A stretch of 59,698 bases of DNA, filler included, from 6 parts of 6 records of this genome joined end to end with filler, not necessarily neighbours in it; one strand, 5' to 3'. Numbered from the whole stretch's first letter, positions 1 to 9,527 are shown. Made by a program: numbers and translations. Notes: generated from the sequence alone by a model not told the origin.

Positions 1-1137
1 ATTGCGGCCAAACTTGAAGGGGTTATTCGCAACGTGCTGGCGGCCAGCATTAATATCCAACCACGCGCGATTGAGCGGGTGACCGCAGAAAATTCCCTGC
101 GCGCCACAGGCAATGAAAAGCTCATTCACGGCATCGGCGCACTTGCGGGAGATACTGGCAGCGTGGAAACGGCGCTGAATGCGTTGCTCAATGGCGGGCG
201 TGTCACCGGCCTCGGCGGTATTCACAAAATACGCCAGATCATCTTTGAGCATTACCCGGCACTCGGTAATTGCCGACACGGCATTGGCCAGTGCCATTTG
301 CACATTGGGGTCTTTGGCTGCGCGTGCACCATCGTTCAAACCCACGCGATTGCGATTCACCTCAACGTAGCTGTCTACCACACCCTGCAGGGCGCCAATG
401 GACGAGCAGGCAACCGCGCGAGTGAAAATCTGGCCAAAGGGCAAACGGAAAATAGCATTGGTGTTTTCCTTACAACCCGGATTGTCGCCGCTAAAACCGT
501 CCGCACTGCGGTGGGTGCGGTACTCAGGTACAAACACCGGTTCTTTGATCACGATGTCGTTCGAGCCCGTTCCCTGAAGGCCGCTCACATCCCAGTTATC
601 GACGATGTCATAGTCACCCAACGGCACCAAAAAGGTCCGGTAGTCAGGGGCTTCGCCGTCGGCCGCGGGTGGCACCATGCCCCCCAAAAACGCCCACTTA
701 CAGTGCTTGGAACCCGAGGAAAAACCCCAGTGTCCAGAGAGCATATACCCCCCTTCGACACGTTTTACCTTACCCACTGGCATATATGAGGACGAGATCA
801 ACGTGGAATCGTCGTCGCCCCACACATCTTGCTGTGCGCGGTCGTCAAACATACCCAGCTGCCAATTGTGGATAGCGACTACGCCCAGTACCCACGCGGT
901 CGACATGCAGCCCTCGGCAAGAGTTTGCTGCACATCAAAAAATTGCTGGGGAGGAAGCTCATAGCCGCCGTAGCGGGCGGGCTGCATAATCTTGAAAAAT
1001 CCGCTGCGCTGCATCTCGGCAATGGTGGCATCCGGCAGGCGACCCAGTGACGCTGCCTCGCCTTGACGCTCAAGCAGGGCGGGAACCATGGCGCGGGCGT
1101 CGAGCAACAGCTGTTTACTACGGTTAAAATCACTCAT
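1..1137 (-). CDS. hsaA: Flavin-dependent monooxygenase oxygenase subunit, HsaA/TesA1-like (3-HSA hydroxylase); 3' end runs off the window
   Basis: Not in the ORF track because no stop is inside the window. Manual translation from ATG 1137 gives MSDFNRSKQLLLDARAMVPALL...SGFFKIMQPARYGGYE...LAEGCMSTAWV...HNWQLGMF...QQDVWG...ISSSYMP...WGFSSGSKHC...AGRQHVANNP. This is an acyl-CoA-dehydrogenase-fold hydroxylase, directly downstream of hsaC and kshA. Confidence 0.88.
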   Translation of the reverse strand, partial: MSDFNRSKQLLLDARAMVPALLERQGEAASLGRLPDATIAEMQRSGFFKIMQPARYGGYELPPQQFFDVQQTLAEGCMSTAWVLGVVAIHNWQLGMFDDRAQQDVWGDDDSTLISSSYMPVGKVKRVEGGYMLSGHWGFSSGSKHCKWAFLGGMVPPAADGEAPDYRTFLVPLGDYDIVDNWDVSGLQGTGSNDIVIKEPVFVPEYRTHRSADGFSGDNPGCKENTNAIFRLPFGQIFTRAVACSSIGALQGVVDSYVEVNRNRVGLNDGARAAKDPNVQMALANAVSAITECRVMLKDDLAYFVNTAEAGDTPAIEQRIQRRFHAASISRKCADAVNELFIACGAQGIFCGHPLNRAWLDINAGRQHVANNPFKFGRN

Positions 1138-1158
1138 TATTTTCTACCTCAATTCTTG

Positions 1159-2052
1159 CTAGTTGTCGGCGTGCTGCCAGTGATGGCCCCACTGTGAGGG
1201 GCGCGTACTAAAGGTGGGGCGGTAGTGCTGCCAATCCAGCTGCAATCCGCCGCAGCCAAACTCAATCGCAAAACCGCCTGGGCTATTTACATACACCGAT
1301 ACCATCTGGTCGTTGCAGTGTTTGCCCAGCGACGCGGCCACACCAACGTTGTGGCTGCGGCAACGGTCCATAAACAGTCCCAGTTGATCGAGGTCTGGCA
1401 CCTCAAACATCAGGTGCACACAGCCACTCGCCGCCGGATTCGGGTCTTGGTAAATGGCCAGGCTGTGGTGCCGGGGGTTATCGACATGAAGAAAGTGCAG
1501 GCCCTGCTCGCCCAGCTGCATGGAATCGGTAAACTCAAAACCCAGCAGCCTGTGATAAAAATCGATACAGGCGTCAAACTCTCGGGTTGGCAACACATAG
1601 TGCCCCAGCCCCATGTCGCCGTTGAAGCCGGTTTCAAACGCTGGCACGCCGACCTCGCTTTGCAAGGCTAAACAGTCCAGCGCGCAGCTTTTCACCAGTT
1701 CAACTCGCTGACCGCTGGGGTCGTTAAGGGCCAGTCCGTCACGTATTTTACGCTGCGCACATGCCGCCTCGCTTAGGCGGCTGACGTGCACGCGCTGCTC
1801 GGCCAAACGCTTACTCAGTGCCTCCAAGTCCTCATCGGCGGCAAGCTCCCAGCCCGCTGTATGAAAGCGCTCACGCTCGCCGTGCACGACAGCCACTCGC
1901 CAGCAGTAAGCGTCCATTTTATAGAGGTCCCAGTCCGCCGAGCGACCCGCCGCCTGCAGGCCAACAACCTGAGTGAGAAAGTGCGCCCACTGGGCGGTGT
2001 CACGGGTCTCGATCAGCACATAACCGAGAGCGTTAATGCGTGTCAGTGACAT
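1159..2052 (-). CDS. hsaC: Type I extradiol ring-cleavage dioxygenase (HsaC/TesB/BphC family)
   Basis: LGYV N-terminus, GLGHYVL, RHHSLA, HLMFEV and GKHCNDQMVSVYVNSPGGFAIEFG (His-His-Glu Fe ligands). Start overlaps the kshA stop (TAATG). Confidence 0.88.
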   Translation of the reverse strand: MSLTRINALGYVLIETRDTAQWAHFLTQVVGLQAAGRSADWDLYKMDAYCWRVAVVHGERERFHTAGWELAADEDLEALSKRLAEQRVHVSRLSEAACAQRKIRDGLALNDPSGQRVELVKSCALDCLALQSEVGVPAFETGFNGDMGLGHYVLPTREFDACIDFYHRLLGFEFTDSMQLGEQGLHFLHVDNPRHHSLAIYQDPNPAASGCVHLMFEVPDLDQLGLFMDRCRSHNVGVAASLGKHCNDQMVSVYVNSPGGFAIEFGCGGLQLDWQHYRPTFSTRPSQWGHHWQHADN

Positions 2053-3128
2053 TACTCTGACCCCGCCTGAGCGTGGGGATACTTGATTCGCGTTTCGTGC
2101 TCTTTCAGCGCGGTGATGTTATCCGGGATGTCCGCAACGTCCATATAGAACTGACTGTACCACTTGCGCAGCATATTAATCGGGCCGTCGCCGTCGCACA
2201 TTAGTGGGTTATCAATGCGAACTTTGTTGTTCCAAATTTCAACGTCCTGCACGAAGGAGTCGACCGACATCTGCGTGTAGGCCTGCACTAAGGCGGTATT
2301 TTCCTCTTCACTCAGGCTGGGGTCTTTCTTAACCATGACGCCTAAGCGAATGATGAATTCTTCCATGTTTACCGGCACGTGGCTCACCAGCAGGTGGGTC
2401 GTGACTTCGCGCCCGTCCATCGAACCGACCATGGTGGTGGTCATATACGCGGGCCCTTCGTAGGTCGCAACGGAGGTAAAGCCCTGGCCCTCGTCGGCCA
2501 GAATATCGTGACCACCCGACATCACCTGCGTGTAGGTGTGCCCGTCTTGAATGTTTTTGAAGGTCTGCACTTGGGAGTAGTGAACAGGGCCAAAGTGCGC
2601 CATATCGGCCATGTTATCGACCAGCTCACGGCAGTTGGAGTGAATGGTAAATTCGGCAATATTCCAATCGGACCACTCGCCAGAAAAATAATCACTGTTG
2701 CGGCGTGGACGCTGCTCGGGAATGGGTGGGTGACCCTCCGGATCGTGCCAGACAAAGGCGAGGCCGTTTTCTTCCATAACCGGCATCGAGGGAATCACTG
2801 CTTTCGGGGGAATGCGGTCGGCATAGGGGATATCGTCACACACCCCATCGCCACCCCAGCTCCACTCATGGAAGGGGCAGCGCAGCGAGTTTCCGCACAC
2901 TTTGCCACGACTCAAGTCCGCCCCCATATGCGGGCAATACGAGCCGACGACAAATAGCTCGCCGCTCTCCTCTCCGCGAAACGCGACCCATTTACTGCCA
3001 AAATAATTTAATGCCGTAGGCTCGCTGCCAAAACTGCTGGCTTTACCCAGACAATGCCAGCCCCTCGCGTAGCGCTCTGGCAGGGGCTTGGTTTCGATGA
3101 TGTAGGGTTCGCGCAGGGGCTTGTTCAT
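2052..3128 (-). CDS. kshA: 3-ketosteroid-9-alpha-hydroxylase Rieske oxygenase subunit
   Basis: RYARGWHCLG, Rieske CPHMG...CPFHEW, mononuclear Fe motif DNMADMAHFGPVH, QDVEIWNNK...DGPI...RKWYSQFY typical of KshA. Confidence 0.9.
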   Translation of the reverse strand: MNKPLREPYIIETKPLPERYARGWHCLGKASSFGSEPTALNYFGSKWVAFRGEESGELFVVGSYCPHMGADLSRGKVCGNSLRCPFHEWSWGGDGVCDDIPYADRIPPKAVIPSMPVMEENGLAFVWHDPEGHPPIPEQRPRRNSDYFSGEWSDWNIAEFTIHSNCRELVDNMADMAHFGPVHYSQVQTFKNIQDGHTYTQVMSGGHDILADEGQGFTSVATYEGPAYMTTTMVGSMDGREVTTHLLVSHVPVNMEEFIIRLGVMVKKDPSLSEEENTALVQAYTQMSVDSFVQDVEIWNNKVRIDNPLMCDGDGPINMLRKWYSQFYMDVADIPDNITALKEHETRIKYPHAQAGSE

Positions 3129-3151
3129 GGCGGCTGTCCTCTGTGTTCGCT

Positions 3152-3172
3152 GTTGTCACCACTTGTGACAAC
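3152..3172. promoter_or_regulatory. Perfect 8-bp inverted repeat in the kshA leader (candidate operator or RNA hairpin)
   Basis: GTTGTCAC-CACTT-GTGACAAC. Confidence 0.45.
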
Positions 3173-3183
3173 TCATGGCACAC

Positions 3184-3225
3184 AGAGTAAGGGGCGCCCC
3201 GCTACTGGAATTTGATATAGATCAA
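3184..3225 (-). promoter_or_regulatory. FNR/Anr-type box with class II promoter geometry upstream of kshA
   Basis: TTGAT-ATAG-ATCAA at 3212-3225 is the exact TTGAT-N4-ATCAA consensus. Minus-strand -10-like TACTCT at 3189-3184 implies +1 near 3177, which places the box centre at -41.5. Confidence 0.65.
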
Positions 3226-3282
3226 CTGCGCTCAGCTGCCCATCCGAATGGACGACCTCCAAAAAGACGAGTCGAACACCGC

Positions 3283-3858
3283 CTATTCCGGGGCGATCAG
3301 GCTGATCGCACCGCGGATGTCTCCCACCGCATAGCCCGTCGCACGGTCTTGGGGATAGCGTTCAGACAAGGCTTTTACTACCGGTGGCGCCAAATTGCTG
3401 CCGTGGCAATTCACGCATAAACCTTCCACGCCTTGCGCCTTCATAAAGCGATAGCGACCAGCCTGCCATTGGCCATCGTTTAGCGCCGCGACCGCCTCTC
3501 CCTCAGCCTTACGCCGCTCAAAATCTTCGAGCACGCCGCGCTCATAGGCGTCGGGCACCGCATTGGGGTTGCGCGCTTTGAGGCTGACTCGCTTAACTGT
3601 CCAGCCCGTGTCCTGGCTAATTTGCGCGGCAATGGCCGGTGCAATATCCGCACATACGTTGATGGCATGGGCAAAGCCTCCCGACTTCACTGCTGCCTGC
3701 AACTGCGGCTTCAAGGTGGCACCAAAGCGCTTCACGATAGGCAGGGCCTGCGCTTGCATTTCAGCAGCACTGGGCTGGGTCGGTTGCTGGGGCTCGGCGA
3801 TGGCCGATACGGCGAGAGAGCCAGCGAGTATGGCGATGAGGGATGTTTTAACAGACAT
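3283..3858 (-). CDS. Periplasmic c-type heme protein, DUF3365/Tll0287-like
   Basis: Signal peptide; AINVC, KRVSLKARNPNAVPD, RFMK, CVNCHG, DRATGYAVGDIRGAISL. Start taken at MSVK. Confidence 0.8.
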   Translation of the reverse strand: MSVKTSLIAILAGSLAVSAIAEPQQPTQPSAAEMQAQALPIVKRFGATLKPQLQAAVKSGGFAHAINVCADIAPAIAAQISQDTGWTVKRVSLKARNPNAVPDAYERGVLEDFERRKAEGEAVAALNDGQWQAGRYRFMKAQGVEGLCVNCHGSNLAPPVVKALSERYPQDRATGYAVGDIRGAISLIAPE

Positions 3859-3944
3859 AGACGCGCTCCGAGGTGACATGCCCCACCATTATCGCCGTTT
3901 AGGCGAGCAAGTGGGCGGGACATATCGTCGCAGTGACGCCGGAG

Positions 3945-6272
3945 CTACCAGTTAAAGCGCAGCGATCCGTATACCTGGCGTCCAGGGTTTTGCTGAGCAT
4001 AGTAGGTTCCCGGGAACAGCACCGAGTCTATCACCTGATTCTGAGTGCGCTCATCGCTCGCATTCTTCACACCCACGGTGGCACTCCACCACTCATCTGC
4101 GCTGGCAAGCGACAGGCGCAAATTAAGCTTGGTGTTAGCAGGTACACGGGTGTTGTCGTCGAGGTCGACATCGGTGTATTGCTCACCTTGATGGATGATA
4201 TCCGCCGCGATATTCACACTGAAGGCATCGCCCAGCGTAAAGTGCAGGCTGGGGCTCAGTGTCGCGCTCACTTCGGGGGCAAAGGCGATGCGCTCGCCAC
4301 TGAGGTCCTGGCGCTGATCAATGCCATCCGTGACCGGCGCGGGCGCGCCTTGATACTCGTCGTAGCGCGCATCAAGTAAGCCCAACGACCCCGACATTGA
4401 CAGCGGCTCCCAGGGCGTCAGCCACTGCCAATCCACCTCCAGGCCCTGCGAGGTTGCCGTAGCGGCATTACTAACGTCGAAGAACACGCCATTAAATGCC
4501 AGGACCTGTAGGTCTTCAAACTCGGTGCGGTACAAGGTGGCATTCACGCTGAGACTGCGGTCGAAGAAACGCCCCTTGATTCCCAGCTCCGCCGTGGTTG
4601 CATTTTCGTCGTCGAACTCGATGTCTTCGCCGGTGAACGAGATAGCATTGAAACCGCCGCTTTTAAAACCGCGACTCACGGTTGCAAAGACATTGGTTTC
4701 TTCGCTCAGGTAGTACATAACAGAGAGTTTGGGCGACACGTCGCGTTCGTTGCGCTCGAGCCCACGCTTGTTGTAGTCCTGGGTATCCAGTAACAGCGGC
4801 GTGACACAGGCCAACGCGGGCAGCATGGTGGTACTGCTACAGGCCGACTCTCCCAAACTATCAATGTGCTTGTCTTCGCGGTTAAAGCGCAGCCCCGGTG
4901 TCACCACCCAGTTATCGCCAAGGCTCAAACTGAATTGACCAAACAGCGCCAGCGACTCGGTGTTTTGCAAGTAGTGAAAACGGAAATGATCGTCGGTGGT
5001 TGTTTGCGCCAGTAGTCGTAGCGCGGGCAGCAAGATCGCATCACTGCCTGCCATTTGTTGGGCGTCGTCGGTTCCCAGCCAGCTGCCGATGTCATCCCCT
5101 AATTGGAGCTTGGCATTAAGTTCGTAGTCCGACTCGAAGTAGAACAATCCAGCGACAAACTGCAAGTCATTCCCCAGGCCAAACAAGCTTTCGGCGTTAC
5201 CCGTAAAGCGCCATTCCAGGGTGTCCTGACGGTAGTCCTCGCGGTTAAACAGGGTGAGCAAATCTGCCGGTGAAACATCCATATCCTGGTCTTGCTCAAC
5301 AAAAAAGTCGCTGCGCCCCAATACGGCAACCATATTCAAGTCGCGCAGTGCGCCAACTTCGCCAAAGCTGTATGACAACTTGGCGCTGTAGGTTGTTGAC
5401 CCTTTCTCCAGCTCGCCGTCTCGGTTCATGCTAGTGGTGAAGTCTTCCGGGTCATCTTCAATATTGGCATCAAAGTCGGCCAGATAGTCGCGCGTATCCG
5501 CATCCAGTGCTTTTAGCTGCTTCGGCCAATAGGCCATTTCGGTTTGTGACTCCAGCGCAATGAGCTCGATCTCCATGGCGTCGCTGGGAACAAACAGCAG
5601 CTTTAAGCGCTGAGCATCCTGCTCAGAAGCCTCTTGGTCGCGCCCGCTAAACTGATTATGCAATTGGCCGTCGCGCTGGGTATCCATCGCGGCAAAACGA
5701 AGGCCGAACCAATCGTTGACCATGCCCCCTGCACCCACCTCGACTCGCTGTTCACCAAACTCGCCTGCGCGCAGCTCGGCGTTGGCGCTGAACGCCTCGG
5801 TGACGGGACGGCTGAATACGTTGAAAACACCTGACACGGTATTCTTACCAAACAGCGTGCCCTGTGGGCCGCGCAACACTTCAACGCGACCGACATCAAA
5901 CATGCCTTCGGTAAAATAACCGGCCCGCCCCATAAACAGCTCGTCTTGCACCAGCCCCACGGAGCTTTCAAAACTCGGATTAAAGGTATTGGTGCCGAAA
6001 CCGCGAATAAAAATCTGCGGAGAACCGGGGTCGTTATCGTCCATGCGAACATTGGGAACAAAAACCGACAGTTCCTGCAAATCGCCGATTGCGGCATCCT
6101 GCATAAACTCGCCGTCGACAGCGGTCACCGAAATAGGCACGTCCTGCAGACTCTGCTCGGTTTTTTGCGCGGTGATAATCACCTCTTCCAAGACCCGCGG
6201 CTGAGCCTGCACGACGCCAGCCGAGGCAATACCAACCATACACAGCAGAGGGCGAATAAATGCGGATTTCAT
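3945..6272 (-). CDS. TonB-dependent receptor
   Basis: Signal peptide, TonB box LEEVIITAQK, plug motif RVEVLRGPQGTLFGKN, C-terminal GRQVYGSLRFNW. Confidence 0.93.
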   Translation of the reverse strand: MKSAFIRPLLCMVGIASAGVVQAQPRVLEEVIITAQKTEQSLQDVPISVTAVDGEFMQDAAIGDLQELSVFVPNVRMDDNDPGSPQIFIRGFGTNTFNPSFESSVGLVQDELFMGRAGYFTEGMFDVGRVEVLRGPQGTLFGKNTVSGVFNVFSRPVTEAFSANAELRAGEFGEQRVEVGAGGMVNDWFGLRFAAMDTQRDGQLHNQFSGRDQEASEQDAQRLKLLFVPSDAMEIELIALESQTEMAYWPKQLKALDADTRDYLADFDANIEDDPEDFTTSMNRDGELEKGSTTYSAKLSYSFGEVGALRDLNMVAVLGRSDFFVEQDQDMDVSPADLLTLFNREDYRQDTLEWRFTGNAESLFGLGNDLQFVAGLFYFESDYELNAKLQLGDDIGSWLGTDDAQQMAGSDAILLPALRLLAQTTTDDHFRFHYLQNTESLALFGQFSLSLGDNWVVTPGLRFNREDKHIDSLGESACSSTTMLPALACVTPLLLDTQDYNKRGLERNERDVSPKLSVMYYLSEETNVFATVSRGFKSGGFNAISFTGEDIEFDDENATTAELGIKGRFFDRSLSVNATLYRTEFEDLQVLAFNGVFFDVSNAATATSQGLEVDWQWLTPWEPLSMSGSLGLLDARYDEYQGAPAPVTDGIDQRQDLSGERIAFAPEVSATLSPSLHFTLGDAFSVNIAADIIHQGEQYTDVDLDDNTRVPANTKLNLRLSLASADEWWSATVGVKNASDERTQNQVIDSVLFPGTYYAQQNPGRQVYGSLRFNW

Positions 6273-6322
6273 CAATAATTTCCTTATTAGCAGCAGCTAG
6301 CTAAGCGGTTTAGCACGCCGTA

Positions 6323-7714
6323 TTAGTTGCGCATGCGCGTCCCAAAAACAGAGGCCAGATGACCATTCAAAAAGCGCCCATCGGGATCGAGTTCTTCACG
6401 CAGCGCCGTAAAGTCCTGCCACTGGGGATATAGCTTGGAAAGCTGCGCCGCATTCAGACTATGCAGTTTCCCCCAGTGCGGACGGCCTTCATACTTCCAG
6501 AATATGGGCTCAACTGCGGCGAAGAAATTATGGTAGTCCAGCTCGTAAGACTGGTGCACAGAGATCGCGCAGCCGTCGCGACCGCTGAACATTGACAGCG
6601 GTATATCATCGGCCTTGATATAGCGGTACTCCAGCGGCAAAAAGCTGTTCAAGTTCTTCTTGCGCACCAGTGCCATGATCTCTCGCAAGCAATCCGGGCC
6701 AGCCTCGGCGGGCACGGTGTACTCCATTTCGTTAAACCGCTGATCGCGCACATTGGCAAACACCTTGTATGACTGGTCGATCACGTCGGGAAAATCCATC
6801 TGCTTAGCCAGCGTATTCACCAGCGATGCCCGAGCATTCGGAAAGCCCCCTGCGTATTTATGCACATTGCGCAACAAGCTCACTTTGTCGCCATCACCAC
6901 CGCCCTCTTTGGGCAGCGTGTTCGGATCGTTAGTTTCGTTCAGTGTCACGCACAGCGAAACATCCGAATGCAGTATGGGAATAAATTCAAAGCGATCATT
7001 CTCTTTGCGCAAGCGGTCTACATCTTCGAGCAATTCGTTGGTGTCCTGCACCCAGGTTTGCTCATGTACGCGGAACGGTTGCCGGTTTTTCATGCGAATG
7101 CGGGTAATTACCCCCAAGGCGCCCAACGAAACGCGAGCGGCGGAGAAAATCTCAGGATTATTTTCCGCATCGCAATCGAGTACGTCACCACTGGCGGTAA
7201 TTAAGCGCAGACCGCTGACATACGCCGAATAGGAACCGTAGTCGATGCCGGTTCCATGGGTAGACGTTGCAATGGCTCCCGCCAGCGTTTGGTAGTCAAT
7301 ATCCGCCATGTTGACCAGCGCCTGTCCCGCCTCATGCAGGGGCTGCCCCATCTGCGACATGGGCGTTCCCGCCCAAAATTCCGCTTCCAGGGTGTCAGGG
7401 TTATGGCCGATCATGCCCGTCAGTTGCGCCAGTGACACCAGCGTGCCATCGGTCGGAACCAACGCAGAGAAGGAGTGTGAGGCCCCAACCGGCCGCACCA
7501 CGCCGCGGCTGTTTTCCAGCAAGTCGGCAATGGCCGCTTCGCTGGTGGGCGCGACCCGTTGCGCGGGAATACAGCGCTGGCCACCGGACCAGTTCGACCA
7601 CGGAATCAGTCTTCGACGCCGCGCGGCCGCCGATACGGGGCTCCAACTTGTCACCGCACCCAGGGCGGCGGCCGTTGAGAGTTGCTTAAGAACGGTTCTG
7701 CGAGTAACAGCCAC
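6323..7714 (-). CDS. Tat-exported FAD-linked oxidoreductase, ALO/gulonolactone oxidase family (SphC-like)
   Basis: Twin-arginine TRRTVLK; WSNWSG; PVGASHSF (covalent-FAD His); GALGVI; NEMEY; RPHWGK. Confidence 0.85.
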   Translation of the reverse strand: MAVTRRTVLKQLSTAAALGAVTSWSPVSAAARRRRLIPWSNWSGGQRCIPAQRVAPTSEAAIADLLENSRGVVRPVGASHSFSALVPTDGTLVSLAQLTGMIGHNPDTLEAEFWAGTPMSQMGQPLHEAGQALVNMADIDYQTLAGAIATSTHGTGIDYGSYSAYVSGLRLITASGDVLDCDAENNPEIFSAARVSLGALGVITRIRMKNRQPFRVHEQTWVQDTNELLEDVDRLRKENDRFEFIPILHSDVSLCVTLNETNDPNTLPKEGGGDGDKVSLLRNVHKYAGGFPNARASLVNTLAKQMDFPDVIDQSYKVFANVRDQRFNEMEYTVPAEAGPDCLREIMALVRKKNLNSFLPLEYRYIKADDIPLSMFSGRDGCAISVHQSYELDYHNFFAAVEPIFWKYEGRPHWGKLHSLNAAQLSKLYPQWQDFTALREELDPDGRFLNGHLASVFGTRMRN

Positions 7715-7716
7715 AA

Positions 7717-8082
7717 CTATTCTCCCTGTACACCAGCCATCAGTTCGATCAGTGCGACAAAGTCATCCTCTGAGCACTGAGGACACATGCCCATCGGCGG
7801 CATGGAATTAAAGCCATCTATGCTGTGATCCAACAGGGTGTCCATCCCCTTGGCCATTCGCGGCGCCCAGGCCTGGACATCACCACTGATCGGCGCGCCG
7901 GTACCGGCAACACCGTGGCAATTCATGCAGGAGCTTTCGTAGGTACGGCGCAACACCGGGTCGTTAATTTGTAGCGCTGCAATCGGTGCGGCTGCCTCGG
8001 CGGCACTTTCACCCGTTTCTGAACTGCAGGCAACCAGGCCGGAAAAACCGGCAAGCAGCAGCAATGCGATACGTTTTTTCAT
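7717..8082 (-). CDS. Cytochrome c5-family lipoprotein (SphB-like)
   Basis: Lipobox LVAC; CMNCHG; GAP...W; MPPMGMCPQC. Confidence 0.85.
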   Translation of the reverse strand: MKKRIALLLLAGFSGLVACSSETGESAAEAAAPIAALQINDPVLRRTYESSCMNCHGVAGTGAPISGDVQAWAPRMAKGMDTLLDHSIDGFNSMPPMGMCPQCSEDDFVALIELMAGVQGE

Positions 8083-8122
8083 TGTTTTTTCCTCTTAGTC
8101 CGCCGGGGTGCTCGCCAGCGCG

Positions 8123-9406
8123 TCAAACGTTTTGCGACATTACCGGCCACTGGTCGATGATTTTGCCACCGCGCAGTACCAGTAGATCGCCAAATTCAAG
8201 TAGCACACTCTCGCTAATCATCGGCCTTAAGAACACGTGGTCATCCACCTGCAAATTGGTTGCCGGGGAGCCATTGACGATTTCCTGGTTGGCGCTGTGG
8301 CCAAAGTTAGCGTTAAATTGCAGCCCCTGCGGCGCTTCGTAGTCTGCGCGCCAATAGCCGCCGTAAACGAAATACGTCTGGCGCTGATTGACATCCCACC
8401 ACGAGAAAATAGCCGACTTATCGTCCAGTGCAGGCAGGCGAATTGGCCCTTCTGCCTTGAGCACCGGCGTGGCAATAAACGCCGCGGGCCGATGCCCTTC
8501 CAGGGTGGCAAGATCGTAGTGGCTGGGCTTGAGCAGCGCCGTTCCCACACTCACTTCGGTACTCAATGATTCCCGCTCGTGCAGGCGATAACTCGGACTG
8601 CCGCCAGTATTTAAGGTAAGACTGCCCTGCCACATCGCCGGGTAGCGTTGCCGGGCGAGGTCAACATAGTGTTGATAGCTTGCCATGGCTTTATCGAGCA
8701 GCTCCTCGGGGCTACCCAAAATACCCGGCACACCCGCGCCAACATGGGCGTCGTAACCCATAAAGCCGCTAAAGGTCAGTTGCTCGGGGTGAGCGTGGAT
8801 CAGGTCTAGAATAGCGATCAGCGCCTCATCACTATCAACACCACCGCGATGAAGGCCAACGTCGATCTCAACGTTTACCAACATGGAGGTACCCAAACGG
8901 TTTGCCAGCTCCAGGTATTGTTGCAGCCGCTGTGGGGTATCTATTAACCACTGCAGCTGGCGAGAGGGGTCAAAACTACCGCGATGGCGCGCGTAAAATT
9001 CCTCGGCCGACTTAACGGGCAATGGCTTACCCAGCAGTAGATCAGCGTCGGGGATATTTCGTGCATCGTGATTTAAAAAGGGTTGGTGGAAACTCATGAA
9101 TCGCTTACTCCCCGACTTGGCTGACACATAGTCAAGGAGCTTCATGCTGGGCAGTGACTTTTCTACAATGCGATAGTGCTTGCCGGTTTTGGCCAGACTG
9201 TCGGTGACCAAGGCCAGGTTATAGTCAACGCGATCCAGGTCTATCACCATCACCGGGCGCATAGGACCATTGCGCTGTAACTCGTCGTTAAGGCGGCGAA
9301 AATAGGCGTTATAAGGCTCGCCGTTGTCACCGGGGCGCAACCACAAGCCGCCCAGCCCTGCCGCCATTGTGGCGCCAGCGGCCGCTAATACCCGGCGGCG
9401 CTTCAT
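8123..9406 (-). CDS. DSD1/alanine-racemase-fold PLP-dependent enzyme with Tat-like signal (SphD-like)
   Basis: Start taken at MKRRRVLAAAG (ATG 9406, GGA upstream); PVMVIDLD, RIVEKS (PLP Lys), VEIDVGLHRGG, GFMGYDAH, TGGSPSY. Confidence 0.8.
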   Translation of the reverse strand: MKRRRVLAAAGATMAAGLGGLWLRPGDNGEPYNAYFRRLNDELQRNGPMRPVMVIDLDRVDYNLALVTDSLAKTGKHYRIVEKSLPSMKLLDYVSAKSGSKRFMSFHQPFLNHDARNIPDADLLLGKPLPVKSAEEFYARHRGSFDPSRQLQWLIDTPQRLQQYLELANRLGTSMLVNVEIDVGLHRGGVDSDEALIAILDLIHAHPEQLTFSGFMGYDAHVGAGVPGILGSPEELLDKAMASYQHYVDLARQRYPAMWQGSLTLNTGGSPSYRLHERESLSTEVSVGTALLKPSHYDLATLEGHRPAAFIATPVLKAEGPIRLPALDDKSAIFSWWDVNQRQTYFVYGGYWRADYEAPQGLQFNANFGHSANQEIVNGSPATNLQVDDHVFLRPMISESVLLEFGDLLVLRGGKIIDQWPVMSQNV

Positions 9407-9527
9407 AGCCTGCCTTCCTGAAATTGCCCGAACGTCCACACTGTATTCATTATTATCATTGCCTCTCCGTTGCTGGCTGCACAAGGGGTAGTTAGTGCAT
9501 AGCATAGCTCGCTCTGACAAGGGCATC

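Noticed and set aside
34-789. 251-aa plus-strand ORF, and the 84-aa ORF at 879-1133
   Set aside because: Antisense or off-frame shadows of hsaA, which the ORF track missed because its stop is outside the window.
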